The notes below the pieces were generated by a model. It saw only the letters and a program-made list of their open reading frames with translations. It was not told the DNA's origin and searched no databases. The position numbers and the translations under genes were made by a program. From assembly GCF_964194155.1 (NCBI RefSeq), contig NC_135902.1, positions 46,624,001-46,688,000 on the forward strand: a DNA stretch of 64,000 nucleotides, read 5' to 3'. This document shows, piece after piece, positions 36,743-48,964 of this stretch (positions within the stretch are counted from its first letter, which is position 1; each line of letters opens with the position of its first letter). Source of the stretch: Cetorhinus maximus (taxonomy: Eukaryota).

Positions 36743-38963
36743 GGGGAGGCGATGGCATAGTGGTATTGTTGCTGGACTAGTAACCCAGAGACCCAGGGTA
36801 TTGCTCTGGGGACCTGGGTTTGAATCCCGCTTTGGCAGATGGTGGAATTTGAATTCAGTGAAAATCTGGAATTAGAAGTCCAATGATGACCATGAAAACA
36901 TTGTCGATTGTTGTAAAAACCCATCTGGTTCACTAATGTCCTTCAGGGAAGGAAATCTGCTGTCCTCACCTGGTCTGGCCTACATGTGACTCCAGACCCA
37001 CAGCAATGTGATTGACTCTTAAATGCCCTCTAAAGTGGCCTAGAAAGCAACTCAGTTGTATCAAACAGCTACAGAGTTACAAAAAAGGAATGAAACCGGA
37101 CAGACAGTACGGCATTGACCTAGGTGCAGGAAACCGCAACGCCAACCTGCAAAGTCCTCCTTAGTAACATCTGAGGGCAAGTGCCAAAATTGGGGCAGCC
37201 GTCTCACAGACTAGTCAAACAACAGCCTGATGTAGTCATCCTCATGGAATCATATAATGCCCCAGACATCACCATCCCTGGGTATATCCTGTCCCGCCGG
37301 CAGGACAGACCCAGCAAAGGTGGCAGCACAGTAGTGTACAGTTGGGAGGGAGTTGCCCTCGGAGTCCTCAACATCAACTCCGAACTCCCATGAAGCCTAA
37401 TGGCATCAGGTCAAACATGGGCAAGGAAATCTCCTGCTGATTATCATGCACATACTCTGGCAATAGCACTGAAGACTTGTGCTCCAGAACTTGCTGCACC
37501 CCTAGCCAAGCTGTTCCAGTACAGCTACAACACTGGCATCTACCCAGCTATGTGGAAAATTGCCCAGGTATATTCTGTACACAAAAAGCAGGACGAATCC
37601 AACCCGGCCAGTTACTGCCCCATCAGTCTACACTCCATCATCAGTAAAGTAATGAACAGTGCTGTCAAGTGGCACTTGCTTAGCAATAACCTGCTCAATT
37701 ACGCCTAGTTTGGGTTCCACCAGGGCCACTCAGCTCCTGACCTCATTACAGCCTTGGTTCAAGCATGGACAAAAGAACTGAATTCCCGAGGTGAGGTGAG
37801 AGTGACTGCCCTTGACATCAAGGCCGCATTTGACAGAGTGTGGCATCAAGGAGCCCTAGCAAAACTGGAGTCAATGGGAATCAGGGGGAAATCTCTCTGC
37901 TAGTTGGAGTCATACCTAGCACAAAGGAAGATGGTTGTGGTTGTTGGAGTTCAGTCATCTCAGCTCCAGGACATTGCAGGAGTTCCTCAGGATAGTGTCC
38001 TCGGCCAAACCACCTTCAGCTGCTTCATCAATGACCTTCCTTCCATCATAAGGTCAGAAGTGGGGATTTTCACTGATGATTGCACAATGCTCAGCATCAT
38101 TTGCGACTCCTCAGATACTGAAGCAGTCGGTGTCCAAATGCAGGAAGACCTGAGCAATATCCAGGTTTGAGCTAACAAGTGGCAAGTAACATTTGCGCCA
38201 CGCAAGTGTCAGGCAATGACCATCCCCAACAAGAGAGAATCCAGTCATCGCTCTTGATGTTCAATGGCATTACCATCACTGAATCCCCCATTATCAACAT
38301 CCTGGGGGTTATCATTGACCAGAAACTGAACTGGACTAGCCATATAAATACTGTGGCTACAAGAGCAGGTCAGAGGCTAGGAATCGTGCGATGAGTAACT
38401 CACCTCTTGACTCCCCAAAGCCTGTCCACCATCTACAAGGCACAAGTCAGGAGTGTGATGGAATACTCCCCACTTGACTGGATGAGTGCAGCTCCCACAA
38501 CACTCAAGAAGCTTGACACCGTCCAGGAAAAAGCAGCCCGCTTGATTGGCACCACATCCACAAACATTCACTCCCTCCACCACCAACGCACAGTAGCAGC
38601 ATTGTGTACCATCTACAAGATGCACTGCAGGAATTCACGAAGGCACCTTAGACAGCACCTTCCAAACCCACGACCACTACCATCTAGAAGGACAAGGGCA
38701 GCAAATAGATGGGAATACTACCACCTGGAAGTTCCCCTCCAAGTCACTCACCACCCTGACTTGGAAATATATCACTGTTCCTTCGCTGTCGTTGGGTCAA
38801 AATCCTGGAACTCCTTTCCTAACAGCACTGTGGGTGTACTTACACCACATGGACTGCAGTGGTTCAAGAAGGCAGCTCACCACTGCCTTCTCAAGGGCAA
38901 CTAGGAATGGGCAATAAATGCTGGCCCAGGCAGCGAAGCCCACATCCCATGGATGAATAAAAA
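36743..38963 (+). mobile_element. Crack/L2-group non-LTR retrotransposon with tRNA-like 5' head, partial APE endonuclease, internal deletion, RT and 3' tail
   Basis: Box A TGGCATAGTGG (36753-36763) and box B GGTTTGAATCC (36817-36827). Peptides QPDVVILMES (APE), LKTCAPELAAPLAKLFQYS, ALDIKAAFDRVWH, GVPQDSVLG, FTDD and IYKAQVRSVMEY. Ends in gaataaaaa. The clade assignment is tentative. Confidence 0.88.
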
Positions 38964-39784
38964 TAACATTCAACTAAGTGTCAGTGCTGGCTCCAAATAA
39001 TCTTTTTCTCACAATATCCTGGAACTTATTATTGCTTTGCAACTAGATTCCACCATTTGTGTTTGAGACCCTCTAATCTTTTTTTAAATCTCCTTTTGCC
39101 CACAGTACTTGATGTGTCGGTCTAAGTCACAGACTATTTCCCTTCAATTTTCTATTATGACTTTTTGTTTGTCATCTTTCTTGACCTTTATCACCTCTGA
39201 TACCATATGCCATTGCACCCTCCCCCAACATCTCCCCCTTACCACCCACCCGAGCAGGATGACTTTCTTGTGCTCCATCTTGTCATTTCAGAAGATAATT
39301 TCTGTGGTATTCTTCTGATTTCTTGCCATTACTTTGGAAATCAAGGAAAACTCTGGAGAAATATGATAAACTACTATTTAGTCATTGATGCTGGTTTTCC
39401 TGGGATTTCAATAATCTGTTGAAGTTGCAGCAATAGATTGAGAGAACATGAATTACTGTTTAATTTGTTTTGCCAAGAAGAAGGTGCTCTTCCCTACACA
39501 TTGGGCCTGGAGGGAAGACTGAAGATTCAACTGTGGGATGTTCACTTCCATTTTTTTGCATTGTGATGTGTTTGTTTAAAGAAAGACCGCCTGACTTTGT
39601 CCTTTTCTATTTTTTTGAAGTTGCTTTTCCAAATAACCTGCTTTTGCCTCTTTTGCTGTTTCACTGAAGATTTGGGTTTTCATTTTATTCAATCCTTAGT
39701 CTAAGCACAAGTTCAGTGGCTGCATGGTGGAAAGGGCAAGTTTTCTGCATTGTGTGAAGATCACCTGCTGCCTTAGAGGGTGTG

Positions 39785-40070
39785 TCAAGCATGGTAGTGT
39801 AATAAATAGCTATGATATTGGAGCAAAGCCCAGAAGTTCAAGAGTTCAAGTCCCACCATGGCAAGTTCTAAAATTAAATTTAATTAAATAGATCTGGCAA
39901 TTGGTGAAATGGCACCAGAATTGTTATAAAACCTTAATTGGTTTATTAATGCCCTTCAAGGAAGAGCTGCTACTGAGCCTGGCCTGAATGTGACTCCAGT
40001 CCCACTTTTAATACTGAGTAACTGGGCATGAACAGTAAATGCTACCTTGTCACTGTTGTCCACGTAAAGC
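39785..40070 (+). mobile_element. Degenerate SINE of the same tRNA-headed family
   Basis: Box B gagttcaagtccc and body taatgcccttcaaggaa...gtgactccagtccca. Confidence 0.6.
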
Positions 40071-41094
40071 AATTGCATCAATGGTTCTCCTGTAAAGCAC
40101 CTTTTTAGATGAACAATGAGCTAGTGGGAGATTGGTGACCTATTGCTATTGGCAGGAAGGAGGGAAGAGGAGAGGATGTCTGGTACAGTGAGCCTTCAGG
40201 AAGAAGGCTTACGCTGTACTTCTAGCTGAAGTTCAAACATCTGTGTGATTCACCTACTCACTGGAATTGGAGCTGCGGAGATCATAAATAGGATCCTTCA
40301 TTTAGAATGATGTTCAGCTACGCTCTGCATTATTCAAATATCCCACAAGTAATCCACATATGGTAAGGGCAATGTGCTCCTCAAATTGTATTATAGATTC
40401 ATTCTGTCAAATGATGAACCTTCTGCTGTCATGAGTGATTGTAGGTTATTAAGTCATTTATTTTACGTGCCTTATTGCACATGAGCCTATTGAGTAAAAG
40501 TGTTATGCAATCCTTAACCTTGTACTGTCTATTGCCTGACCACCTATTCATGCATGCAGAGCAGTGCATCAAATTTTCAGCATTTAACCTCCATTAGATT
40601 TCTGCTTCAGTTTTACTTGTAATGTGTTGCATGAGCATTTGAAGAGTATTAGTGGTATGGTATTTCAAGGTAGTATAAAATTATGCTCGATTTAGAGTGA
40701 AATATATGCGTCGCTATGGGCTACCTCCACATTATGCTTCTATTTCTCTTTGCTTCATGAAATTTTAATTTGAATTTTTTAATAAATGGGGGAAATATGA
40801 CTTCTGGTAGGTATCTGCGGTCATCAGAATTCTGTCCAACTGATTGGATTTTTGTATTGTTGACTTCTTAGAATTGTTTTTGCATGCTAATAAATTTTCT
40901 GCAGCTATGGCACTGTTTCCTTTAGTCCCCAGTGGGCAATTTTGTATCCAAACCCATTCGAAGAGTTTGCACTGGCAATTCTTAAGCCTACTTTATGCAA
41001 GTGCTAAATCCAATCTAATCTCCAAATTGCCATCCTAGAGTAAGATAATTGACTAAATCCAAGATGACAAAAGGAGTGATATCTTGAGCTTGCT

Positions 41095-41792
41095 TTTGTA
41101 TTGCTGAAAAAACTAACAGGATCAGAACTAACAAACTAATAGAAACAAACAGACAAAACTAACAAATGCACAAACAGGATGCTGCCATCAAGCCAAAAAG
41201 ACATCCTGTCTACTACACAAATGTGTATTGTGGTAAATGCATTTCAGTGCTGGTGTGATGTCAGGTACACAGGTTGTACACCCCAATGACAGCACTTCAC
41301 TTTGGCTGTTTGCAATAGGCAGAGTACTGACCGTACTTAATCAACCCATGCTTTCAAAACCCAGAACATTATGTCTAATGTTAGAGATGAGTCTGTGATT
41401 GGGCAGCTGAACAATCCTGAGTCTGCTAAGAATTACACCAACAACCAGTTTAAGATTGTTAGTGGGGCTCACAGTGTAGCTAACTTGCACTTGCTAGAAG
41501 CCATACATATTCATATACAGGGACCTGTCTGCTGCAGACAAAAGGAATATGTCCAAACACTAATTTTATGGGGGAACAATAGTTCCCTGGTGCATTCGCC
41601 AAGGCAGTGTCTTGACTAATCAGAGCAGACTTGCCAACCATTCAGCAATCCTTTTCTCATGCAGTATAAATTGATTTTCCCCCTTTGAAATTTAGCATTC
41701 TTGCATCTATCCTGATGAGTGCAAGATGAAAAGCTTTGACAGAAGGCCAATTTTTGAACAGTACTCAAGTTCTGTACTACCAAGTGACTATT
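41095..41792 (+). mobile_element. PLE family A fragment (GIY-YIG remnant + pLTR with hammerhead motif)
   Basis: ORF 41371-41619 is homologous to 2725-3020. The motif CTGATGAgtgcaagatGAAAagcttt-gaca is at ~41712-41742. Confidence 0.8.
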
Positions 41793-44589
41793 AGCTTACT
41801 TTTCTACACTGATGATTTGAGCTAAATTCCAATTGAGTGGTCAGAATTGAATTTCATTTTTGACTTTCAGGCTGTATTGGACAAAAACACAATGTCTTAA
41901 GTCAAGGATTTGGCATTTTTTGTTCAATTTGAATTGGTTGTGATGTGAAAAATGCACCATTTTCAATTATTGTAACACTGTTAGCCAATGATCAATGTAC
42001 CTATAGAGTCAAAACCATGGACTGTGGAGTAGATATCTTAATCTGTGATTACTCTGGAACAAACTGACTGTTTGTAGAAAACTGCAAAAGTATGGTTGTG
42101 TGTCCTGTCCCCCTCCAATGAAGGTACACCATTAAAAAAATGTAATTTACATTCAGCGTATCGTAAATTCACAGTAACAACCATTGTCCCCATTTGAAGG
42201 GTTGAGAAGTTAAACTGACATCCTGTGTGCTGAATATTGTACTTGAAAAGGATGAATTCTCCAAAGAAAATTACCTTGATTTCTGATGACTTCCCTTCAA
42301 TAAACGTTCATTATAATATTTACCAGATCTAAAACACAATTGGAAACTAATACATTTGTAATGGTGCAATACCTGAATATTGGCTAACTGAATAAGAATT
42401 CAACTTGGTTGCTAATTGATGATTAAGAAAAACATTTTGTCTGAATAAGAGGACAAATAAATAATTTAGTATGCCCAATCCCTATCTTTATTCGTGTTGA
42501 AACAGAAAATACCTACATAGAATGAAACAGAGAATACCTGCATAGAAAAGCCAATAAAATAAATACTAGATATTGCATTAGTATAAAATAGTCATTGTCA
42601 GCAAAAACAGATACACTTTTTAGTTAGCTAAAGTTTTCATTGAATAATTCAAATCCATTTACAGATGACGAATATAAGAAATTGGCTTGACTGTTATAGG
42701 AGTTCTTTCATAAATGTGAAAGGTGCATGTTGCCAGCATAATGGTCTTGTATGTGCAAGAACTGGCAGTTAATATTCTATTTAGTGTAATTTATTTTTAA
42801 TGCAGCTTGGAGTGGGCTATACATTTGCTCATTTCCAGTAATGTTTTTTATTATGGCTCAATTCTGTGCCCATAATTGAGGTTAAAAAGGGCTGGGTAGT
42901 GATGTGACATGCTGCACAAATGGAACTTTAAAAATTCTTAATTTCTCATGACAGTTTCCTAAACTTTGTTAGCGTCCTTGGTTGAGGTGCTGTGTAGAAC
43001 ATGGAACTCTTGCACATATCCCTAGGGAGTATGGACAAATGGGCATTGACAGAGATTTGTAGGTGCCAATGTGCTGAACGGAAAAAGGTGAATTAAAATT
43101 ATGACATACTGGTTAAATCTGTAACCAATCATTCATCCTTGTGTTGGCTACAAGCAATTAGCATTAAATAAATTCCACAATGTGCTTCAAAAACACAAGA
43201 TTCTGGAAATACTCTGCTCTGTCAGCTTCCCTGGAGTCAACAGATGAGCACTTTAGGTGTGGATCACTTATCTGTATATGTTCTCTTTCTGTAATTCAAG
43301 GAGTAGCTAAAATGTATGTTCACACAGTGAAAGCCATATTAGTTGCTTACTGGGCTTGCAAACTTTAGTCCTTGGGCAACATAGCAAAGACATGGTCCTT
43401 CTGGTTTGGAGGAGTGATCTTTTCACAAATGGGTGGACATTGCATTTGGACTTGGAGGTCTCATTGAAAGATGACTATGACTGTTCAATTAAGGTCTCCA
43501 GTCTCCTTCAACATTGACACTTTTTGATCTCCAGTGATCTGTCAGTTTCTGCAAGGTGTGTACTAATGGAAGTAGTCAGTTAGTCTCATCTAAAGCAATG
43601 TTATACATAATCTGGAGTATTTCCTGTACGATAAAGGTTTAAAACCTTTCATGTATTTTGTGACCAATATTTGACATGTACAATATTTTGAACTGTTGAA
43701 GATAAAAAAGGTTTGAAATTTAAGCACCATTTAATGAGTGTACTGGGGACACCTATTTGAAACTTTTTTGTGGCTCAATAAGTCTGTCACTGAAGAGAGG
43801 GACATAATTTAATGTAAATATCAGCCTATTCATTGACACGTGTCTGGAAGAATATGAACTAAAATGGTGTTGGTATAAAAAATAGCTTTTAAATTTTTGA
43901 ATACAGTGCTAATCCTTGTGGTTTTCCACTCAGCACTTACTCCCTGTCCCTAAAATCAATTCCCTAAGTATTAACAGATGAGCACTCAAATAATTTTGCT
44001 CTTTCACAGCTCAGTCTTGCACCATTAAAAAATATTTATCTTTCTCAGATCCAAGTTGGATGACCCCACACTTCCCCACATTGAACTCCAGGTGTAATTT
44101 TGCCCATTCAGAGTCCATCTCTATACCTCTCTAATTTTCTGCTATCTACACAGCTTACTGTGCCTCCTAATTTAATGTCATCTGCAAACTAGGACATGAA
44201 ACTCTATTCCTTCATCCAGGTTATTAATAAATATGGTAAAAACCTGAGCCCCTAAGTGTATATCTTTGGGAAACAGCTCTTGTCACATCATGTCATTCAG
44301 AGATGTTACCTTTATCTCTACTTTGTCTCCCATGCCCCAACCAATACTTTTTCCCCCTTATTTCAATCCTGATTTGTTTAATACAGTTTGGGATCATGCT
44401 TGTTAAGTTGATGCTTAATAATGCTCGGTACGTATTTATTCTGCAGACTCAACAAAATAAAATGCAAAAAATGGTTATGGTATAAATGCTGAATATATAT
44501 AGCTGAGCAAATATTAACACTTAGACTGATGTCTCTCTCCAGGCCACACTGTTTCCATCTAGGCGACTTGATTTTATATAAAAGTTAAT

Positions 44590-44860
44590 AGTCGTTTGGC
44601 AGTACAGAACTTTAGTATTGCTGAAAAAAAAGACATGCTATCAAAGGTTTTCATCTTGCGCTCATCAGGAAAGCTCATAAGAAACTTTTGTGGACTCCAT
44701 GGCAATGCCTCTACCAATCAGAGTATACTTGCCAATCAATCAGCATTCTCTTCTCATGCAGTATAAGTTGTTCCTTTTACAGTTGGTATTTCTTGTGAGC
44801 TGTCCTAATAAGTGTAAGATGAAAAGATTCAATAATATGTCTTTCTTTCAGCATTACTAC
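44590..44860. mobile_element. Foldback PLE-A pLTR pair
   Basis: ~44616-44685 is inverted relative to ~44790-44857. Confidence 0.7.
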
Positions 44861-45309
44861 AAGTTAATGCTTCATTAGAGCCAATCATGGGTGCATCTAC
44901 AACTTTTGTCATCGAAAAAGTGGGATATTTGTTACTTGTCTTTTTAAAGCAGAGTACTATAACATTGTCACCTGTCCTTTTCTGCCACTGATGTGTATTG
45001 TTCTTCGATGCTCAACATAGTTTTTTTGTGATATTTATACTTGTAATCTAGTGGAACTGGAAAATGTGTATCTTGGTTGACCCATTTAAGCAACCCTGCT
45101 GTGCTGTTTTGAGACAGAGTAGAGCTGCTACTTTTGTTTATATAGTTTCCTGTTGCTTTATTTTTAATAAATTCTTTATTTTGATAGGGTACTTTATACC
45201 AAATGTTCATCTTAGGCTTCCCCCGTTCCTTCAACATTGACACTTTTTGATCTCCAGTGAAAATTACAGATCACCCATATTTATTCAAAGGAGATATATA
45301 GATTATGCA

Positions 45310-45950
45310 TATAAGAACATAACTTAAGAAATAGGAGCAGGAGTAGACCAAGCAGCCCGTCGAGCCTGCTCTGCCATTCAGTACAATCATGACAGGTCTT
45401 CAGCTTCAACTCCATTTTCCTGCCCGCTCGCTTTCTATATCCCTTAATTCCCTGAGAGACCAAAAATCTGTGTCCCAGCCTTAAATGTATTCAACGATGG
45501 AGCATCCACAACCCTCTGGGGTAGAGAATTTCAAAGATTCGCAACCCTTTGAGTGAAGAAATTTCTCCTCATCTCAGTCCTAAATGATTGGCCCCTAATC
45601 CTGAGACTGCGTCCCGTGTTTTAGATTCCCTGACCAATGGAAATAATCTGTGTCCACCCTATCAAACCCCTTCAGAATTTTCTAGGTTTCAATGAGATCG
45701 TCTCTCATTCTTCTAAACTCCAGAGAATATCAATCCAATTTACACATCCTCTCATTATAGGACAATCCCCTCATCCCAGGCACCAATTTAGTGAACCTTT
45801 GCTGTACCACCTCCAGTGCAAGTATATCCTTCTCTTAAATGTGGAGACCAAAACACACACACTACTCCAGATGTGGTCTTGCCAAAACCCCGTACAACTG
45901 TAGCAAGATTTGTTTATTCTTGTACTCTAATCCCCTTGTAATAAAAGCTA
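45310..45950 (-). mobile_element. CR1 LINE 3' fragment
   Basis: The reverse complement matches the CR1 ORF2 end and 3' UTR of the same subfamily as 4275-4905. The tail repeat is ataagaacataa. Confidence 0.85.
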
Positions 45951-46597
45951 AAGTTGTTATCGAGGTGCTGTTTACCTTGCAGAAATGGTGAGGAAATTCT
46001 TGAACATCTGTCACTACCATATCTGTATCTCTCTGGCAGAGAACAGAAGCGGCATTGCAAGATCAGACATCGTTTTTTTTCAGAATTTTGAGTACAAGAT
46101 GGTTGAAAGTTGAGACTAGAGTGTTAGTTTAACTTCCAATTTCTTGTCCTGATTGGACACTATGGGTTATTTAAGGAGAAAACTAGTGTGTTGGGAATTC
46201 CTGCTTGTGCTTGCATGATTATAAATTTAACTTAATAAACATTAAAGGTCCATGGGATGATTACTTTGAACTAGATTTCTCTCTGGGTCCAGAAGGAATA
46301 AATTAAAGTTTTGAAGTTCTGGATCAAAGCCCAAGAGATAACTAGAATAAATTACTGCAAAGAGTAACAATACCTTATATTTATGATTAAATTGCCTGAA
46401 TTTTCATCTTCCATAAAACTAGTGCATGCATCTTCTGTGGCTTTAGCTGAATCAGGTGCTGTTTTATAATGACAGGACTAGTGTACACATTGTAACTCTA
46501 TGAAATTATGGCATTGGTGACTGAATTCTGTGGATTAGACCTTGCCAATTGCATGCTGGGTGGGTGCACATTGCCAGAGCTTTGAAAGAATATAAGC

Positions 46598-48325
46598 TTT
46601 TTTAATTCTTTATCGGGATGTGGGCGTCACTGGCCAGGCCAGCATTTTTGTTGCCCATCCCTAATTGCCCTTGAGACGGCGTTACTTGAACCGCTACTTT
46701 CCATGCTGTGCAGGTACACCCACAGATCTATTAGGGAGGGAGTTCCAGGATGTTGATCCAGCAAAAGTGAAGGAATGGCGACATAGTTCCAAGCCAGGAT
46801 GGTGTGTGGCTTGGAGGGGAACTTGCAGGTGATGGTGTTCCCGTGCATCTGCTGCCCTTGTCCTTCTAGGTGGTAGAGGTTACAGGTTTGGAAGGTGCTG
46901 TCAAAGGAGCCTTGGTGAGTTACTGTAGTGCACCTTGTAGATGATACACACTACTGCCATTGTGCGTCAGTGGTGGAGGGAGTGGATATTGAAGGCGGTG
47001 AATGGGGTGCCAATCAAGTGGCTGCTTCAGTGTTGTTGGAGCTGCATTCACCCAGGCAATGGAGAGTATTCCATCACAATCCTGACGTATGCCTTGTAGA
47101 TACTGGACAGGCTTTGGGGAATCGGGAAGTAAGTTATTCTCTGCAGAATTCCCAGCCTTAAGTCTGCTTTTGTAGCCACAGTATTTATATGACTGGTCCA
47201 GTTCAGCTCCTGGTCCAAAGTAATGGCCCTGGAAGTTGATAGTGTGGGATTCAGTGATAGTAATGCCCTGGAATATCAAGGGGTGATGGTTAGATTCTCT
47301 CTTGTTGGAGGTGTTCATTGCCTGGCACTTGTGTGATGCAAATGTTACTTGCCATTTATCAACACAAGCCTGATGTTCTCCTGATCTTGCTGCATATGGG
47401 TACAGTCTGCTTCAGTGCCTGAGGAGCTGCAAATGCTGCTGAACATTGTGCAATCGGCAGCGAACATCCCTATTTCTCACCTTATGATAGTCATTGATGA
47501 AGCAGCTGAAAATGGTTGGGGCTACGATGCTACCCTGAGGAACTCCTGCAGTGATGTCTTGGGACTGAGGTGATTGACCTCCAACAACCACAACCATCTT
47601 TCCTTGTGCTCGGTATGACTCCAACCAGTGAAGAGTTTTCCCCCTGATTGCCATTGACTCCAGTTTTGCTCGGGCTCCTTAATGCCACACTTTGCCACAT
47701 GCTGCCTTGATGTCAAGGGCAGTCACTCACCTCAGCTCTTCAGCTTTTTTGTCTGTTTTTGGACTACGGTTGTAATGAGGTCAGGAGCTGAGTGGCCCTG
47801 GCGGAACCCAGACTGTGTGCCGGTGAGTAGGCTATTGCTGAGTAAGAGCCGTTTGTTAGCACTTTCGACGGCCCCGTCCATCACTTTACTGATGATCGAA
47901 AGTAGACTGATGGGGTGGTAATTGGCCTGGTTGGATTTGCCCTGCTTTTTGTGTTCACAACATACCTGGACAATTTTCCGCATTGCTCGGTAGATACCAA
48001 TGTTGTAGCTGTACAGGAACAGCTTAGCCAAGGAAGCAGGCTAGTTCTGGAGCACAAGTCTTCAGTACTATTGCTGGAATGTTGTTGGGGCCCATAACCT
48101 TTGCAGTATCCAGTGCCAGCAGCTGTTTCTTGATACCACATGGAGTGAATTGAATTGACTGGTACCTGTGATGCTGGGGCCCTCCAGAGGAGGCCAAGAT
48201 GGATCATCCACTCAGCACTTCTGGCTGAAGGTTGTAGCAAATACTTCAGCCTTATCTTTTGCACTGATGTGTTGGCATCCCACGTGATTGAGGATGGGGA
48301 TATTTGTAGAGCCGCCGCCTCCAAT
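46598..48325 (-). mobile_element. Crack/L2-type LINE, 5'-truncated, same family as 36743-38963
   Basis: Minus-strand ORFs NYHPISLLSIISKVMDG and WLESYRAQGKMVVVVGGQS...GVPQGS. It retains the SAKDKAEVFATTFSQKC linker that is deleted in the 36.7 kb copy. Confidence 0.9.
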
Positions 48326-48439
48326 ATATAAATAGATTGTGCTCTCTCTTGTGGTGTGGTTTTGTGAGTTGGAGGATTTGCTTTGGAACATTATACGATG
48401 GAACATGTAGCGTATTATTCAGTGCAATTGATCTGTGGT

Positions 48440-48557
48440 AAAAGCAAAAAACTGCGGATGCTGGAAATCCAAAACAAAAACGGAAACAGAAATACCTGGA
48501 AAAACTCAGCAGGTCTGGCAGCATCGGCGGAGAAGAGCACAGTTGACGTTTCGAGTC
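48440..48557 (-). mobile_element. PLE-B pLTR, young subfamily
   Basis: Near-identical to 55424-55537. TSD caattgatct(g/t)tggt at 48425-48439 and 48558-48572. Confidence 0.85.
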
Positions 48558-48865
48558 CAATTGATCTTTGGTTTTGCTGATGGAGAAAATATCAGTTTGT
48601 TGGTTCACAAGCAAAAGTGCACCAATCACAGTGCTCAAAAAGCAAATACTTGCATTTTTATCTTGTCTTGGAGCACTTAACATAAAATGGATTACTTCAA
48701 TTTGCATCTGCTTGGCACAAATTTTGGATTCCCTTCCCTTTCAGTTTTCTGTAGATGTTGCATCTGTCCTTTCTTGGCTGTTTAGAAAGTCAAAAGCTTG
48801 ATGAATGATTCTCCTCCAGTTTTGCATTACTGGGGGGGTTGGCCAGTGGAGCTACGTTAATGAAA

Positions 48866-48964
48866 TAAAAACAGAAAATGCTGGAAATACTCAGCAGGTC
48901 TGGCAGCACCTGTGGAGAGAGAAACAAAGTTAATACTTCAGGCCGCTAACCCTTCATCAGTACC
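48866..48964 (-). mobile_element. PLE-B pLTR
   Basis: Family motif with CTGATGA on the minus strand. TSD taatgaaa at 48858-48865 and 48965-48972. Confidence 0.75.

Noticed and set aside
36743-36835. Functional tRNA gene
   Set aside because: Box A and box B are present, but there is no proper cloverleaf or terminator and it is contiguous with a retroelement body. The same applies to the DeuSINE heads.
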